Shown here: in pieces, positions 13,081 to 25,748 of the stretch
How positions within the stretch are numbered: the first letter of the stretch is position 1
Layout: each line of letters opens with the position of its first letter
Assembly: GCA_964016885.1 (NCBI GenBank)
Contig: OZ024740.1
Span: 125,054,001-125,118,000, forward strand
Origin: Eledone cirrhosa
Lineage: Eukaryota
DNA length: 64,000 bases
Direction: 5' to 3'
Program-made: the position numbers and the translations under genes
Notes under the pieces: generated by a model
Databases searched by the model: none
The model's input: only the letters and a program-made list of their open reading frames with translations
What the model was told of the DNA's origin: nothing

Positions 13081-13502
13081 ATATATTTATCTCCAAATTA
13101 TTTGTTGAGCAAAACTTGCCAAAATTTACTGCTGATTCATGGTAGTAGTAGGCTCTTGTCATAATACCATCCCGCTCCTAACTGATTAACTTCAGTGTCA
13201 CGTGATTGATTCTTTAGAATCTGCCACTGACCAGAGACAGTGAATTTTTTCAGTGCTCCGGAATTTAGTCCTCGCTAGCTTTGTTCCATCCACTGAATTA
13301 TTATTATTTTTATATGGGTTCCTAGTGTCGGCGCATCGCCTGGGAACTAAGCTGAGAATAGACTCCCTGATAACGTAAGGAATTCTCTATAGTTATATTA
13401 TGTAACTATATTTATCCCCTTACAGAAACTAATTAGTTGGAGTGAAAATTTTAGTAAGTTGATTTTTAATTTTTAAAATTTTATTTTACGTCTTTCATAT
13501 AA
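12905..13502 (+). mobile_element. ~540-bp non-coding HHR-bearing unit with a terminal direct repeat (retrozyme-like or solo PLE pLTR)
   Basis: aaaattttagtaag...ttttacgtctttcatataa at 12905-12969 and 13445-13502; HHR immediately upstream of the second repeat. Confidence 0.7.
13362..13443 (+). ncRNA. Type-I hammerhead ribozyme with extended helix II
   Basis: Helix I actcc/ggagt; core CTGATAA; helix II gtaagg...tatagttata/tgtaactata...ccttac; GAAA; palindromic helix III ACTAATTAGT; GUU triplet with predicted cut at 13438/13439. Confidence 0.75.
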
Positions 13503-13530
13503 GTATATATATATGTATATATGTGTATAT

Positions 13531-13599
<69 letters not shown>

Positions 13600-13606
<7 letters not shown>

Positions 13607-13778
13607 TTATTAAAATAACAGATTAAAGTTTTAGCAAAGAATCGCTGCTTTCACCCTTAACGAGATCTTCTGAAACTCAGTTTCAGAATAAATATTTGCT
13701 CTACGGTTCTTATATATCTAATATATATTTATCCTTATCGAGCCCTCTTTGGATTTTAGTCTTCAAATTTATTATTAT

Positions 13779-13785
<7 letters not shown>
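13600..13785. mobile_element. Short repeat in (TA)n, probable PLE terminal fragment; also at 26784-27006 and 47892-47920
   Basis: Shared tttattaaaataacagattaaag and aataaatatttgctctacggttcttatatatc...ttcaaatttattattact. Confidence 0.6.
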
Positions 13786-13823
<38 letters not shown>

Positions 13824-13826
<3 letters not shown>

Positions 13827-15352
13827 CCACACGTATTGTTAACCAGGTAATACTAGAAGGTGTCATACCAAAAGATTGGTGCAGTAGCATCATTGTCAAC
13901 TGCTACAAAGGTAAAGGTGATGAACTATATAGAGGAAACTATAGAGGTATAAAGCTGATGGACCAGAAAGAGTTATAGCACAGTTGATTAGGGACCGGTG
14001 AAAATAGACGAGATGCAATTTGGGTTTGTACATGGAAGAGGCACCACTGATGCCCTCTTCCTTGTGAGGCATCTACAGGTAAAGTACCTAGCTAAAAGTA
14101 AGTCACTCTACTTGGCATTTGTCGACCTTGAGAAAGCCTTTGACAGAGTTCCACGTGCTGTAATCTGGTGGGCTCTTAGAAAACTAGGAGTAGATGAATG
14201 GCTTGTGAAAGCGGTACAAGCCATGTATAGGGGAGCAGTCAGCAAAGTTAGGATTAGCAATGAGAATAGCGAGGAATTTAGCGTACAGGTTGGGGTCCAC
14301 CAGGGCTCTGTTCTTAGCCCCCTCCTGTTCATCATAGTACTGCAGGCAATAACGGAGGAGCGTAAGACCGGATGCCCATGGGAACTCCTGTATGCTGATG
14401 ACCTCGCACTTATAGCTGAATCTATGGTAGAACTAGAGAATAAATTCCAAACTTGGAAGCAGGAACTAAAAAGAAAGGGTCTCAAAGTCAACATGACAAA
14501 GGGTCTCAAAGTCAACATGACAAAGACTAAGGTCCTTGTAAGTAGACGAGAAAACAGAACCCAGATCCCCTCAGGGAAATAGCCTTGCTCAGTATGTAGG
14601 AAAGGTGTAGGTAGGAACTCCATTCTCTGCCGAACAACGATGCTGCATGGTAGTGAGACCTGGGCGCTGAAGGTGGAAGACTTACGTAGATTAGAGAGAA
14701 ACGAAGCCTGCATGCACCGATGGATGTGTAACAGTAATATACGTGAACGACAAAGCATGAATGAATTGAGAGAGAGACTGAGCATAAGAGGAATCAAATG
14801 ATGTGTGCAGGAGAGGCGGTTGCGCTGGTATGGACATGTGATGCGTATGAAGGATGACAGCTGCATAAAAAGCTGCAGAGCACTAGTAGTCGATGGAAAC
14901 CACAGAGTGGGGAGACCCAAGATGACCTGGGATGAGGTGATAAAAGCCGACCTTACACAATTACACCTCTCAAAGGCAATGACACACGACCGTGACCTCT
15001 GGCGTCACGCAGGAATACAGAGTACCCGACCTCCCATGGGTACAAGCTGAAGCATATAGACAATATGCCCCCTCACCCCCCACCGCAAGGTGTTTGTGGA
15101 GGTGCCACGGCAAAAAAGCACCCAGCCCACACTGTAAAGTGGACGTGTAGGCGCCTCGAAAAAGCATCCAGCACACACTGTAAAAGAGGTTGGTGTTAGG
15201 AAGGGCATCCAGCTGTAGAAATCAAGCCAAATCAGTTTCTGTATGAGCAAGGCATGGTGAGCCGACGAGACACTGCCCGCAACAGTACAACCCGTCTAAC
15301 CCATGCTAGCGTGGAAGAACGGACGTAAAACGGCGATGATGATGATGATGAT
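13824..15352 (+). mobile_element. RTE LINE family 1, 5'-truncated, with an internal deletion
   Basis: ORF 13998-14582 has RT motifs QFGF, FVDLEKAFD, GVHQGSVLSP, LLYADD; a 21-bp tandem duplication at ~14.48-14.52 kb; deletion at ~14630 removes most of the PHD finger; (GAT)n tail. Confidence 0.95.
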
Positions 15353-15431
15353 ATATATATGTATATATAATAATATATATATATATATATTTATATATAA
15401 ATATATATATATATATAAGTATATATATATA

Positions 15432-15542
<111 letters not shown>

Positions 15543-15686
15543 AGTGTTATACTTTGGGACGGTCATGTTGCCAATAAGAAACACACGCACCAGTTGCTTT
15601 CACTTCAATTTATTATAGTAAATTTATAAATTTATAAATTTTTGGTTGGTTGGTTGGTTCCACAACCAGATAGTTGTTTATATATT

Positions 15687-15729
15687 GTCAAAGTTCTTTC
15701 GTCACACATTCTGTGACCTCTTCAGTGAC
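15687..15729 (-). ncRNA. Minimal type-I hammerhead ribozyme in the PLE pLTR
   Basis: Minus strand: gtca-CTGAAGA-g-gtcaca gaatg tgtgac-GAAA-gaac-TT-tgac; canonical core, helix I gtca/tgac. Confidence 0.85.
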
Positions 15730-16123
15730 TGGGGATTCTTTTCTTTGTTTTTGTGCATCTCCTTTGTTCTGTCCTACGCCATTTTGTTTCTGTGTGTGTG
15801 TTGTGTGCTCAGTCTGCGCATGCGCCACATCCGGGTGTCTGTGTGTGTTTATATTCGTTTATTTATTTGTTTATTTACATGTTACCGGTTGGTTGTTTGT
15901 TCTATGTGTGTGTGTGTTTTCATTTTGTCCTTAATTGTAAGTTGTGATGTTGCTGTTCCACTCATATTTTCTATTTAATTTGGGTTGTAATTCTTACTTG
16001 TTTATTGCCTCTGTGAATATGTTTAAACATTGCGTCTTTTCTGTGTGTAGATTCTATTTTTATTTCTATGTTCTCTAATTTACCCTTATGTTCTATTTTA
16101 GCATGTTGGTGGGGTACAAATGA

Positions 16124-18091
16124 TTATTTACTATCTTGAAGGTCTCGCAAGTGTTCATTTATCCGTTCCCCTACACTACGAGCTGTCTCACCTATGTACA
16201 CTATATTTTTGTCTCTACATTGTCCTTCAGTACATCTTATGCTATACATTACATTTCTAGTTTTACAGTTAATATGGGGGCTTATTTTACAGGTTATACA
16301 TTTCTTATCTATACAGGTGGGTCTTTGAAAAGGGTATGTCTTGCTAATAAGTGTTTTTACGGAGGTACCTGGTCTTTCTACTATCTTAATATTGAGTTTA
16401 TGTTTAACTCGGGCCCTTCTAAATTTGTAAGCTAATTCACCTCTAGGGGTTGTATCGATGAACATTACACTCTGGTATTTATTGCTATCATACCATGAGT
16501 TTATTCTATTAACCTCATTCCTTGTTCTTTCTATTCTATTCCAAAAGTTGCTCCTATACAAGGGGCAGGTCCCATTTGTGTCATTATTTACCATTTTTTC
16601 CCATTTGGTTCTGGCTCCTCCATACACTCTGATTTTATCTCTCTGGTTGTAACCAGAGAACTGCATACGGTGGATGAAGTGTTGTATGTGTCCCTCTAGT
16701 TCTTCGGGGTTGCACATGCGGGACACGTTTCTCATCACCCGTACCAAATCTGCAATCAGTATGTTGATTTTGGTATGGTCCGAAACGGCCGAGTTTCGGT
16801 GGATCAGAGGTTTGGAAGTCATTGGTTTGGCATAATGGGAATGGAGGATTTGTTTTTTTTTGTTATTAATGGTATCTAACCACAGATCTGTGTCTAGTAC
16901 AGGTAATCGATGGTTGGGGTGTTTACTTTGGTTGTCTATAGTAACTTTAATACTCTGGTGGATGGAGTTAGCTATTTGCTGGATGCTTTCCATTGTGTTT
17001 TTCTCTAGTTCCTGACTGTTCTCTAGTGGGGCTGTCTTAATTACGATGTTTATATCATCAACGTAGCGGGAGTACATTATCAGGGTTAAGGGGTCTTCTA
17101 ATTGTTCTTTAAGTTTAAGTTTAAGTCTACTGTCCCACCATACCATGAATAAGTTAGCTATGTCGCCTGCAATGCTAACACCAATGGCTGCTCCTTCCTC
17201 TTGGGCATATGTTTTTCCATTAAATTTGAACATATGTTCCTTAAGGGTTAGTTTTATGCTGGTCCCTACCGCATGTGCAATCATTTTCTTCAGTTCATCG
17301 TGGTTTTCGGGTGTCCGTATGGCTCTGGTCCACCCGTTCCATCTATCTGTGTGGGTTTTCTTGGCCATTGAGGTAATGGTAGGTGGTCTGCCTCCTGCTG
17401 GTCTTGTAGGGCACAGGTTGCTAAGGTCATATGTGTCTAGGTAATTATTACTATAGGTAAGTTTAAGTAGGAGTCCCAGCTCACTGGTATCAATCCCACG
17501 GAACTCAACATTGCTCTCACTGATCATTTCTACGCATTTCTCCACAGCAAAATCCACGTCAATAGATGGATACAGGGACACAACATCCATACTACCTATT
17601 ATGCAGTTTGTTAGGTCCCTAGATCGGTTACTCTCGCCGATTCTGCTGAGGAGGTCCTCCGTGCTGTCACATACATCTGGGGACATTTCAATGATGGGGC
17701 GTATGATCAGGGAGAGGAAGTAGGACAGTCTGTAGTTACTAGCAATGTTAGCTCCACAGACTGGCCGCGTTGGTGGTCCCATGACAGGGTCACTGCCTGT
17801 TTTATGGTCTTTTCGAAGCCCATACAACGCCGGCACGTCATTGTTCCAGGCCTGGAAGTTGTTGGCAGTCCTTTTGTTGGGCTGCATTATATTTGTCCAC
17901 ATCACCATATGGGCATTGAGGGCTTTTTCTCTATCCTCATGCTCCTGTGGTGTTACCTCTCTTGTGTTAGTGATGTGGGTTTGCATTTCCTGGATGTAGT
18001 TTGGCAGGCTGTCAACCGACATTCTGCCAGACTTGTCTGTTGGAAAGCATGCTATCTCTCCATTACGTGAGCGCTGCATGAGCTTACGCAA
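16124..18091 (-). CDS. PLE reverse transcriptase/GIY-YIG endonuclease (655-aa open segment of a disrupted ORF)
   Basis: RT YVDD and GIY-YIG motifs in the ORF track; stops interrupt the N-terminal part and the endonuclease C-terminus. Confidence 0.85.
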   Translation of the reverse strand: MRKLMQRSRNGEIACFPTDKSGRMSVDSLPNYIQEMQTHITNTREVTPQEHEDREKALNAHMVMWTNIMQPNKRTANNFQAWNNDVPALYGLRKDHKTGSDPVMGPPTRPVCGANIASNYRLSYFLSLIIRPIIEMSPDVCDSTEDLLSRIGESNRSRDLTNCIIGSMDVVSLYPSIDVDFAVEKCVEMISESNVEFRGIDTSELGLLLKLTYSNNYLDTYDLSNLCPTRPAGGRPPTITSMAKKTHTDRWNGWTRAIRTPENHDELKKMIAHAVGTSIKLTLKEHMFKFNGKTYAQEEGAAIGVSIAGDIANLFMVWWDSRLKLKLKEQLEDPLTLIMYSRYVDDINIVIKTAPLENSQELEKNTMESIQQIANSIHQSIKVTIDNQSKHPNHRLPVLDTDLWLDTINNKKKQILHSHYAKPMTSKPLIHRNSAVSDHTKINILIADLVRVMRNVSRMCNPEELEGHIQHFIHRMQFSGYNQRDKIRVYGGARTKWEKMVNNDTNGTCPLYRSNFWNRIERTRNEVNRINSWYDSNKYQSVMFIDTTPRGELAYKFRRARVKHKLNIKIVERPGTSVKTLISKTYPFQRPTCIDKKCITCKISPHINCKTRNVMYSIRCTEGQCRDKNIVYIGETARSVGERINEHLRDLQDSK

Positions 18092-19410
18092 GCCATTTGC
18101 AGATTTTTCTACCAGTTACTGGGCCTCCATTCTATTATGCTTCTTGCTATACTGTTCTATAATATTTCTAAGTTCGGATCTAGCTATACTAAATTGTGCT
18201 TCTGTTTGTTCATCGACCTGCGACGGCAATTGCGTGCGTTTGTTAAATGGTAAAGTCGTGGCGTGGACTCGTCGCAGGTCGAACGACTTATCGGAGGGAT
18301 TATAAAAAGTAGAGTTCCAGGCTGCTGCTTTATGTGTACTAGTGCTATTGTTATTGTTAGTTGTGTTGTTTCTATTTCTATTTCCACCAACAGCCTCATG
18401 GTTGTTTCTATGTCTCTCATAATTACTCTTGTCTCTTGCCACTGGCTCATTGTTATTATCTACTCTATTTTGTGTGTCTGTGTGTTCGTCTTGGTTATTT
18501 TCTTTGTCCATAGTCTCCCTTCTCCTTTTAATCCTATTACTTTCCCTTATTTCTGTGATTTCTGTGCTACTGTCATTACTTGTTTTCTGTGTCTGTGTGT
18601 TTGTTAAGATTGTGGTGGTGGTGAGAGGCATTGAATGTGTGTGTGTTGCTGTTGTTGATGTGTGCTGTTGTTGATGTGTGTTGTTGTTGTTGTCTCCGTG
18701 TGTGTTGTTATTGTTGTGTGTGTTGTTATTGTTGTTTGTGTCTGTTGTTGTTATTGTTGTTTGTGTCTGTGTGCCTGTTGATGTTGGGATGTGTGTTGTA
18801 TATGTGTGTGCGTATGTTGTTACTTTTGTTTTTGTTTTTGTTTTTGAGGCTCCAACGTAATTTTGTAAATGATTTTTCTTTTTCTATTTCTGACAGACAA
18901 CTAATCATATTTACCTTCTTGAATGTCGCAAATTTCGGTGTTAGAAGTAATACAGATAATTCATCAGGGTCTATTGCCGTGTTGCCGTATATATTTGTGT
19001 TGTTGTTGTTGTTGAACTCATCTGTTAATGAGGTGTCGGCCATATTTATACCGTCAATTTTGTCGGGATATCTATTGGTATTCTCTACAGTATCCTGATT
19101 TAGTTTTATCTGCTTAAGCCACTTTAGTTTTTTGTTAAAGTGCTTATCACATTCTTGAGCAATGTACTGTTCTTCAGGACGACGTATAAGGCTTATAAAT
19201 ATAAGTTTCTCTCTTGGTGTGGTGATCCTAGTTATTTCTTGTATTAGGTTATGCTTATGTTTTTCTAGATGACTTAATTCTCTATAGATCTTCTTTTTAT
19301 GTTTAGATTTAGTGTTCGCTTTAGCCTATCTGCTTGCTTTTTGGTGAGTTGTAATCTTCTTACGTCGGTGTTGATGGTGTTGCCTCTAACCACCACCACA
19401 ATCTTAACAA

Positions 19411-19470
<60 letters not shown>

Positions 19471-19471
<1 letters not shown>

Positions 19472-19775
19472 TGGAGGCACATGGCTTAGTGGTTGGAGCA
19501 TTGGCCTTGCAATCGAAATGTTGTGAGTTCAATTCTCAGACCGGGTGATGTGTTGTTTCCTTGAGCAAGACACTTTATTTCACATTGCTCCAGTTTACTC
19601 AGCTGTAGAAATGAGATGATAGGGACTGAGGTCCATATCATTCCACTGCAAAGTGGTCGTGGAGGTGCCACGGCAAAAAAGCACCCAGCACTCACTGTAA
19701 ATGAGGTTGCTGTAGAAATCAAGCGAGAATCAGTTCCCGTCTCACCCTTGCAAGCAGGGAAAAAGCGGACGTAAT
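19471..19775 (+). mobile_element. tRNA-derived CORE-type SINE family B with an RTE-derived tail
   Basis: A-box TGGCTTAGTGG, B-box GAGTTCAATTC, CORE-like ccttgagcaagacactttatttcac...ctcagctgtagaaatg, then RTE 3' UTR sequence. Confidence 0.85.
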
Positions 19776-21670
19776 ATCTGCGTACGCACCCCAATCCGGA
19801 CTGCTTGGCGCTATGAAAGACAGTTTCTATGAGACACTGATGCTCACTACCTCCCAAATAACCGACAGTGACTATATAATTATTGCTGGTGACCTCAATG
19901 GTCACGTTGGACAACATTGTGTCAGCTATGATGGAATCCACGGAGGCTATGGGTTTGGTACTAGAAATGAATCCTGGAATTCTGTGACGCAAATAACCTA
20001 ACTATCTGTAACACTAACTTCAAAAAACGAGACAATCACTTGATCACCTATTGATCGGGGAAACACACAAGCCAGGTAGATTATATCCTTACCAGAAGAC
20101 GTGACAGAGTGTCTGTTGTAAACACTAAATCCCCCATGAAGAATGCACCTCCCAACATAGAGTCATAATTAGCGACCTCATAGTCAGGACGAGACGTACT
20201 CGACAGCAGAAGAGGACTATCCTCAGGAGAAGACTATGGAAGCTAAAGGACCCCACAGCCAGAAATAAATTTAAAAGCATATTACTTGATGCTTTCGACA
20301 GTAAGGAAGAGCATTTAGAGTCGTACAATATAGAGGGACAGTGGGAATTCCTGAAAGCAAACCTGCTGATGGCGGCAGACGAAGTCTGTGGCTGGAGCAG
20401 GCCTATAGGCAGGAGGAGAGTAACATGGTGGTGGAACAGTAAGGTGGAGGAGTCAATTAAGGCCAAAAAGCAGGCTTGGAAAGTATGGCGGGATGGGGGA
20501 AGTAGAGAAGACTATCAAGTGGCCAGGAGGGAAGCTAGGAGACAAGTGTACTTCGCAAGAAGAGAAGCAGAGGAAAGAAAGTTCAAGCATGTTCTACAAC
20601 GCGAAGACCAAAAACGTGAGGTGTTCAGGATTGCTAGGCAATGTGTCAAGGAAAACCGTGATATTGTCGGGGAGAAGTGTGTAGTAAATGATGATGGTGT
20701 ACTTGCCATCACTGACACTGATAAGAAGGTAGCTTGGAAGTGTCACTACGAAAGGCTACTAAATGAGGAGAATAAATGGGAGAAAGACAGTCTCCCCCAC
20801 ATCGACCCAATAGAGGGACCAGCAGTGTTAGTCGATGGTAGTATAATAAGTAAGGCAATCAAAGATAAGAAGACGGGTAAGGCGGCGGGGCCTTCGGAAA
20901 TAGTTGCTGAAATGCTGAAAGCCTCTGGAACGGCGGGACACACCATGGTCACCCGGATAGTAAACCAAGTCATACAGAATTGGGTTGTTCCGAAGGACTG
21001 GCGTAGCAGCATCATCATTAACTGCTACAAGGGTAAAGGAGATGCCCTAGATAGGAGTAACTATAGAGGCATTAAATTAATCGACCAGGTCATGAAGGTC
21101 ACGGAAAAAGTAATAGCGCAACTAATCAGAGAGAGAATTGATCTAAATGAAATGCAGTTCCGGTTTGTGTCAGGCAAAAGTACCACAGACGCTCGCTTCA
21201 TTGTACGACAATTACAGGAGAAGTACCTAGCTAAAAGTAAACCCCTATACTTAGCTTTTGTCGACTTGGAGAAAGCAGTCGACAGAGTCCCCCGTTCCAT
21301 TATTTGGTGGGCTCTTACAAAATTGGTGTTGTTGAAGGGCTTGTGAGAGCTATACAAGCCATGTATAAAGAAACAGTCAGCAAGGTTAGAATTAACAACG
21401 AATATAGTGAAGAGTTTAGCGTAAAGGTTGGTGTTCATCAAGGCTCCGTTCTTAACCCCCTACTATTTATTATTGCCCTTCAGGCTATCACAGTGGAGTT
21501 CAAGACCGGCTGCCCATGGGAACTCCTATACGCAGATGATCTAACGCTCATAGCTGAATCAATGGCCGAACTAGAGAAGAAATTCCAAACATAGAAGCAC
21601 GGCCTAGAATCAAAAGGCCTTAAAATTAACCTGTCTAAGACAAAAGTTCTAGTTTGTAGGAAGGAAAATA
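19775..21670 (+). mobile_element. RTE LINE family 2 (APE + RT), 3' end broken off
   Basis: SAYAPQ, IAGDLNGHVG, TWWWN, NYRGIKL, FVDLEKA, LLYADD; frameshifted; sequence identity with 57.3-58.9 kb. Confidence 0.93.
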
Positions 21671-22928
21671 GTGGAGTACATATGATTCTTTACTATGTTG
21701 AAGCTCTCGCCAGTGTTCATTTAATCGTTCTCCTATACTATGTACACCTATGTATATTCTTATCTCTACATTGTCCTTCAGTACATCTTATGCTATATAC
21801 TACATTTCTAGTTTTACAGTTAATATGGGGACTTAGTTTACAGATTATACATTCCTTATCTATACAGGGAGGCCTTTGAAATGGGTATGTCTTGCTAATA
21901 AGTGTTTTTATGGAGGTACCTGGTCTTTCTACTATCTTAATATTGAGTTTATGTTTATCTAGGGCCCTTCTAAATTTGTAAGCTAATTCACCTCTAGGGG
22001 TTGTATTGATGAAAATTACACTCTGGTATTTATTGCTAACATACCATGAGTTTATTCTATTAATCTTATTCCTAGTTCTTTCTAATCTATTCCAAAATGT
22101 TCTCCTATACAAGTGGCAGGTCCCATTTGTATCATTATTTAACATTTTTTCCCATTTGGTTCTGGCTCCTCTATATACTCTGATTTTATCTCTCTGATTG
22201 TAACCATAGAACTGCATACGGTGGATGAAGTGTTGTATGTGTCTCTCTAGTTCTTTGGGGTTGCACATGCGGGACACGTTTCTCACCACCCGTACCAAAT
22301 CCGCAATCAGTATGTTGATTTTGGTATGGTCCGAAACAGCTGAGTTTCGGTGGATCAGATATTTGGAAGTCATGGGTTTGGCATAATGGGAATGGAGGAT
22401 TTATTTTTATTTTGTTATTAATAGTATCTATCCAGAGTTCTGTGTCTGGTACAGGTAATCGATGGTTGGGGTGTTTCCTTGGGTAGTCTATAGTAACTCT
22501 AATACTCTGTTGGGTGGAATTAGCTATTTGCTGGATGCTTTCCATGGTGTTTTTCTCTAATTCCTGACTGTTCTCTAGTGGGGGTGTTTTTACTACGATG
22601 TTTATATCATCAACGTAGCGGGAGTACATTATTATGGTTAAGAGGTTGCTGTCTTCTAATTGTTCTTTAAGTTTAAGTTTAAGTCTATTGTACCACCATA
22701 CCATGACTAGGTTAGCTATGTCACCTGCAATGCTAACACCAATGGCTGCTCCCTCCTCTTGGGCATATGTTTTTCCATTAAATTTGAACATATGTTCCTT
22801 AAGGGTTAATTAACCAACCAAGCGGAAATTTATAAATTCCTAAATTTATAAATTTAATTTATAATAAATTGAAGTGAAAGCAACTGGTGCATGTGTTTCT
22901 TATTGGCAACATGACCCTCCCAAAGCAT

Positions 22929-22932
<4 letters not shown>
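21670..22932 (-). mobile_element. PLE family 1, 5'-truncated copy with inverted pLTR tail
   Basis: ORFs 21738-22373 and 22186-22791 match the 16124-18091 protein; same truncation/inversion junction (~22810) as the 12.5-kb copy. Confidence 0.92.
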
Positions 22933-22970
<38 letters not shown>

Positions 22971-23277
22971 TTCAAGAGTAACCAATCTTAAAGAGAGAGA
23001 TGGAGATAGGATAGGAGATATGAGAGGATAGATTGGTGAATTAGTTAGAAGCCAAATCGTTAAGGCATGTGCTCAATGTGTAATATGCAGTAGAAAGCAA
23101 CTAGGTGGCTGGGTTAATGCAGAGGTTAGGTGCGCAGAGCTGGAAATATTCATTAGTTAAGCAAAACAAGACCACAAATTTCACAAGGAAGACATTATTA
23201 AAAGATTGTCAACATATTTTACTTTGATGTAAGGAATGTAGAGAATAATAATAATAATATTAATAATAATAATGTCC

Positions 23278-23397
23278 GTTTACAATTGTTTCGCTACTCC
23301 ATATAATATTTCTGGATCAGATGACTATATATCATAATTGATCTGGTTCAGTTGAAAATAATTAACATATTTAAAAAACAGAGCGGCTCATCGGAAC
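23278..23397 (-). ncRNA. Hammerhead ribozyme copy in the inverted pLTR arm
   Basis: Reverse complement of 25770-25889. Confidence 0.65.
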
Positions 23398-23417
23398 TTC
23401 AAAGGAATATAAATTAA

Positions 23418-23608
23418 AATAATTGTTTCTACTATTGGCACAAGGCCAGAAATTATCCAGTATATTACTGGTACTTTATTTTAACGACCTCGTAAGGATG
23501 AAAGGCAAAGTTAACCTCGGCGGAATTTGAACTCAGAATGGCTAGGGCCGTAACTCTATGCGTCAAGCATGGCGTCCGACCCTCTACCGATGCTGCCAAT
23601 CCCCGCCC
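23418..23608 (-). mobile_element. SINE family A (subfamily 'gacgcatagagttac')
   Basis: 16-bp TSD tataaattaaaataat at 23408-23423 and 23609-23624. Confidence 0.92.
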
Positions 23609-25561
23609 TATAAATTAAAATAATGACATCACGATGGGCTCAAGTGACTCTACGCAAATCACCGATTTAGTTGGAATTTACCTATTACATAACATCAGAG
23701 CCGAAATCCAACCCTTGCAAGGCGGAATATACAGGGACGACTCCCTATTTGCAGTACACAATTGCACTAATCGGGGCATTGATTTGCTAAAAAAACACAA
23801 TTACATAGATTCTTTAAAAATAACTGCCTCTCTATCACCATCGAGCCGAACCATAAAGTAGTAAACTTCCTAGACGTCACCCTGGATCTCAACAATAACC
23901 TATATTACTCTTACCATAAACCAGGTGAAACACTCACATATATTATCCCACACTCTAACCACCCACCGGCAGTCATCAGAGCAGTAATAAAATCTATCTC
24001 CTATAGGATCTCAATGCTATCAACAAATGAGGAGATATTTATAAACCATGCACAATATTATAATAAGGCTCTTTCTGAATCTGGTTATGAACAATCAATT
24101 TATTACATACCTAAATGCCATAACACAGCAATTCACCATAATAAACTCAACACTAGAACCAGAAATACCTTAGCATATAGACAGATTCGCCGAAATTTTA
24201 GCAGTAAGAGCACCTATACAGGGAAGTTTAATGGTGGCAGAGGCCTGCTCCTCATTCTAAGTAGCAAACTAAAAATCAACCCTAGAATAGGAATGAGAAA
24301 CGGGATGACAAATAACAAATCCCCAGGTAATAATAACCCTAGGAAGGCCCCTACCAACTCCACTAGAACCCCTAGAAGGAATTGACCTAGAAATATCACC
24401 TCGATTAACCCCCCCTCCATCCTCATCTAATCTAGCCACTAATATCCCTAAACGCTTCTTCTCTATCCTATCTAAACACCCCCCCCCCCTCAACCATAGA
24501 TATTACAAACTCTTTAATAAAAATAACATTAAAATCTCATTCTCCACAACACCTAACCTAGCTAGCTACATCGCATTCAGTAACCATCATAAACTAAGAC
24601 AGTATAACTCCCACACCGCGGTACCACCATCCCTATCAAATACACCACGCCGCTACACCAATAATTAATCTAGTAGCACATCTCCCCCATCTAATCCTTC
24701 TAGCACTGACGTACCGCTTAGGTTAAACTACCCTACTCTCACTAACCGCAGAAGCAACTGCAACTGCCGTTACCCTAATGCATGCCCATTAAATGGACAC
24801 TGCCTGACACCCAGCATAGTCTATAGGTGCACGGTAAAAACTGCTTCGAATACCAGCTCTTATATCGGGTCTACCTCTAACCCTTTTAAGGTACGCTATA
24901 ACGCGCATTCTTTTTCCTTCCGAGACCCTAGCAACAGATGTTCGACATCGCTAGCTAGGCTCATTAAAAACCTTAAATTAAGCAACGTTCAACACTCACT
25001 AAAATAGGATATCGTGGCTAGGGCCCAACCGTTCAATGGACGAAGAAAATCTTGTGATCTCTGTATTACATAAGCATATTACATAACTCTCTCACGACCT
25101 CTACCGATTAACGATAGAACGAAGGTAACTATTAGCTGTCAACATCAAAGGGCTAATTCTTTCGCCAATAGAATATTTGACCCAACTTAGTCATCTAACC
25201 CCATTTTTACTTGTAGCTAATAAGTTAAATAGCTATGACTAACTTAGATAATTATAAGTTACCTCCCCTACATTGTCTCTCAATAAAAAAATAAAAAATT
25301 AGCACTTAACTATAAACTACCCACAGTTTCTAATCTCTCGAGGAGTTACTTCCCCTAAATCCACCCTCTAATTAGTAAGGAAAATATGTCCTTTGGCAGC
25401 CATCTTGTTACCGATAGGCAGATCTCACACAATGCAGCCTCGACAGATGAATACTGCTTGATTATGGCTGACAACTGATGCAACCAAGACACCATAGTGA
25501 AAAACCAATATATGGAACATTATATTATGTTACATTCACTCATTATTTTAATTTATATTTA

Positions 25562-25748
25562 AGGTGGATTGGCAGTATCGGTAGAGGGTCGGACGCCATG
25601 CTTTCCAGCATAGTTACGTCCCTTTATGATCTGAGTTCAAATCCCGCCGAGGTTGACTTTGCCTTTCATCCTTACGGGGTCGATAAAATAAAGTACCAGT
25701 AATGCACTGGTTAATTGCTGGCATTGTGCCTAAAGTAGAAACAATTAT
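25562..25748 (+). mobile_element. SINE family A (subfamily 'ccagcatagttac')
   Basis: 18-bp TSD attattttaatttatatt at 25542-25559 and 25744-25761. Confidence 0.92.

Noticed and set aside
14108-14920. 270-aa minus-strand ORF and similar antisense ORFs over RTE, PLE and Gypsy elements
   Set aside because: Shadow frames of retroelement coding sequence; no recognisable motifs
15085-15200. Short spaced repeats (aaaagcacccagc.cacactgtaaag) resembling a CRISPR array
   Set aside because: They are modules of the RTE 3' UTR in eukaryotic DNA; no cas genes
25440-25505. Possible SECIS in the Naiad A 3' UTR
   Set aside because: The AUGA is not followed by a suitable helix and AA loop by eye; the ORF also has TAG and TAA stops
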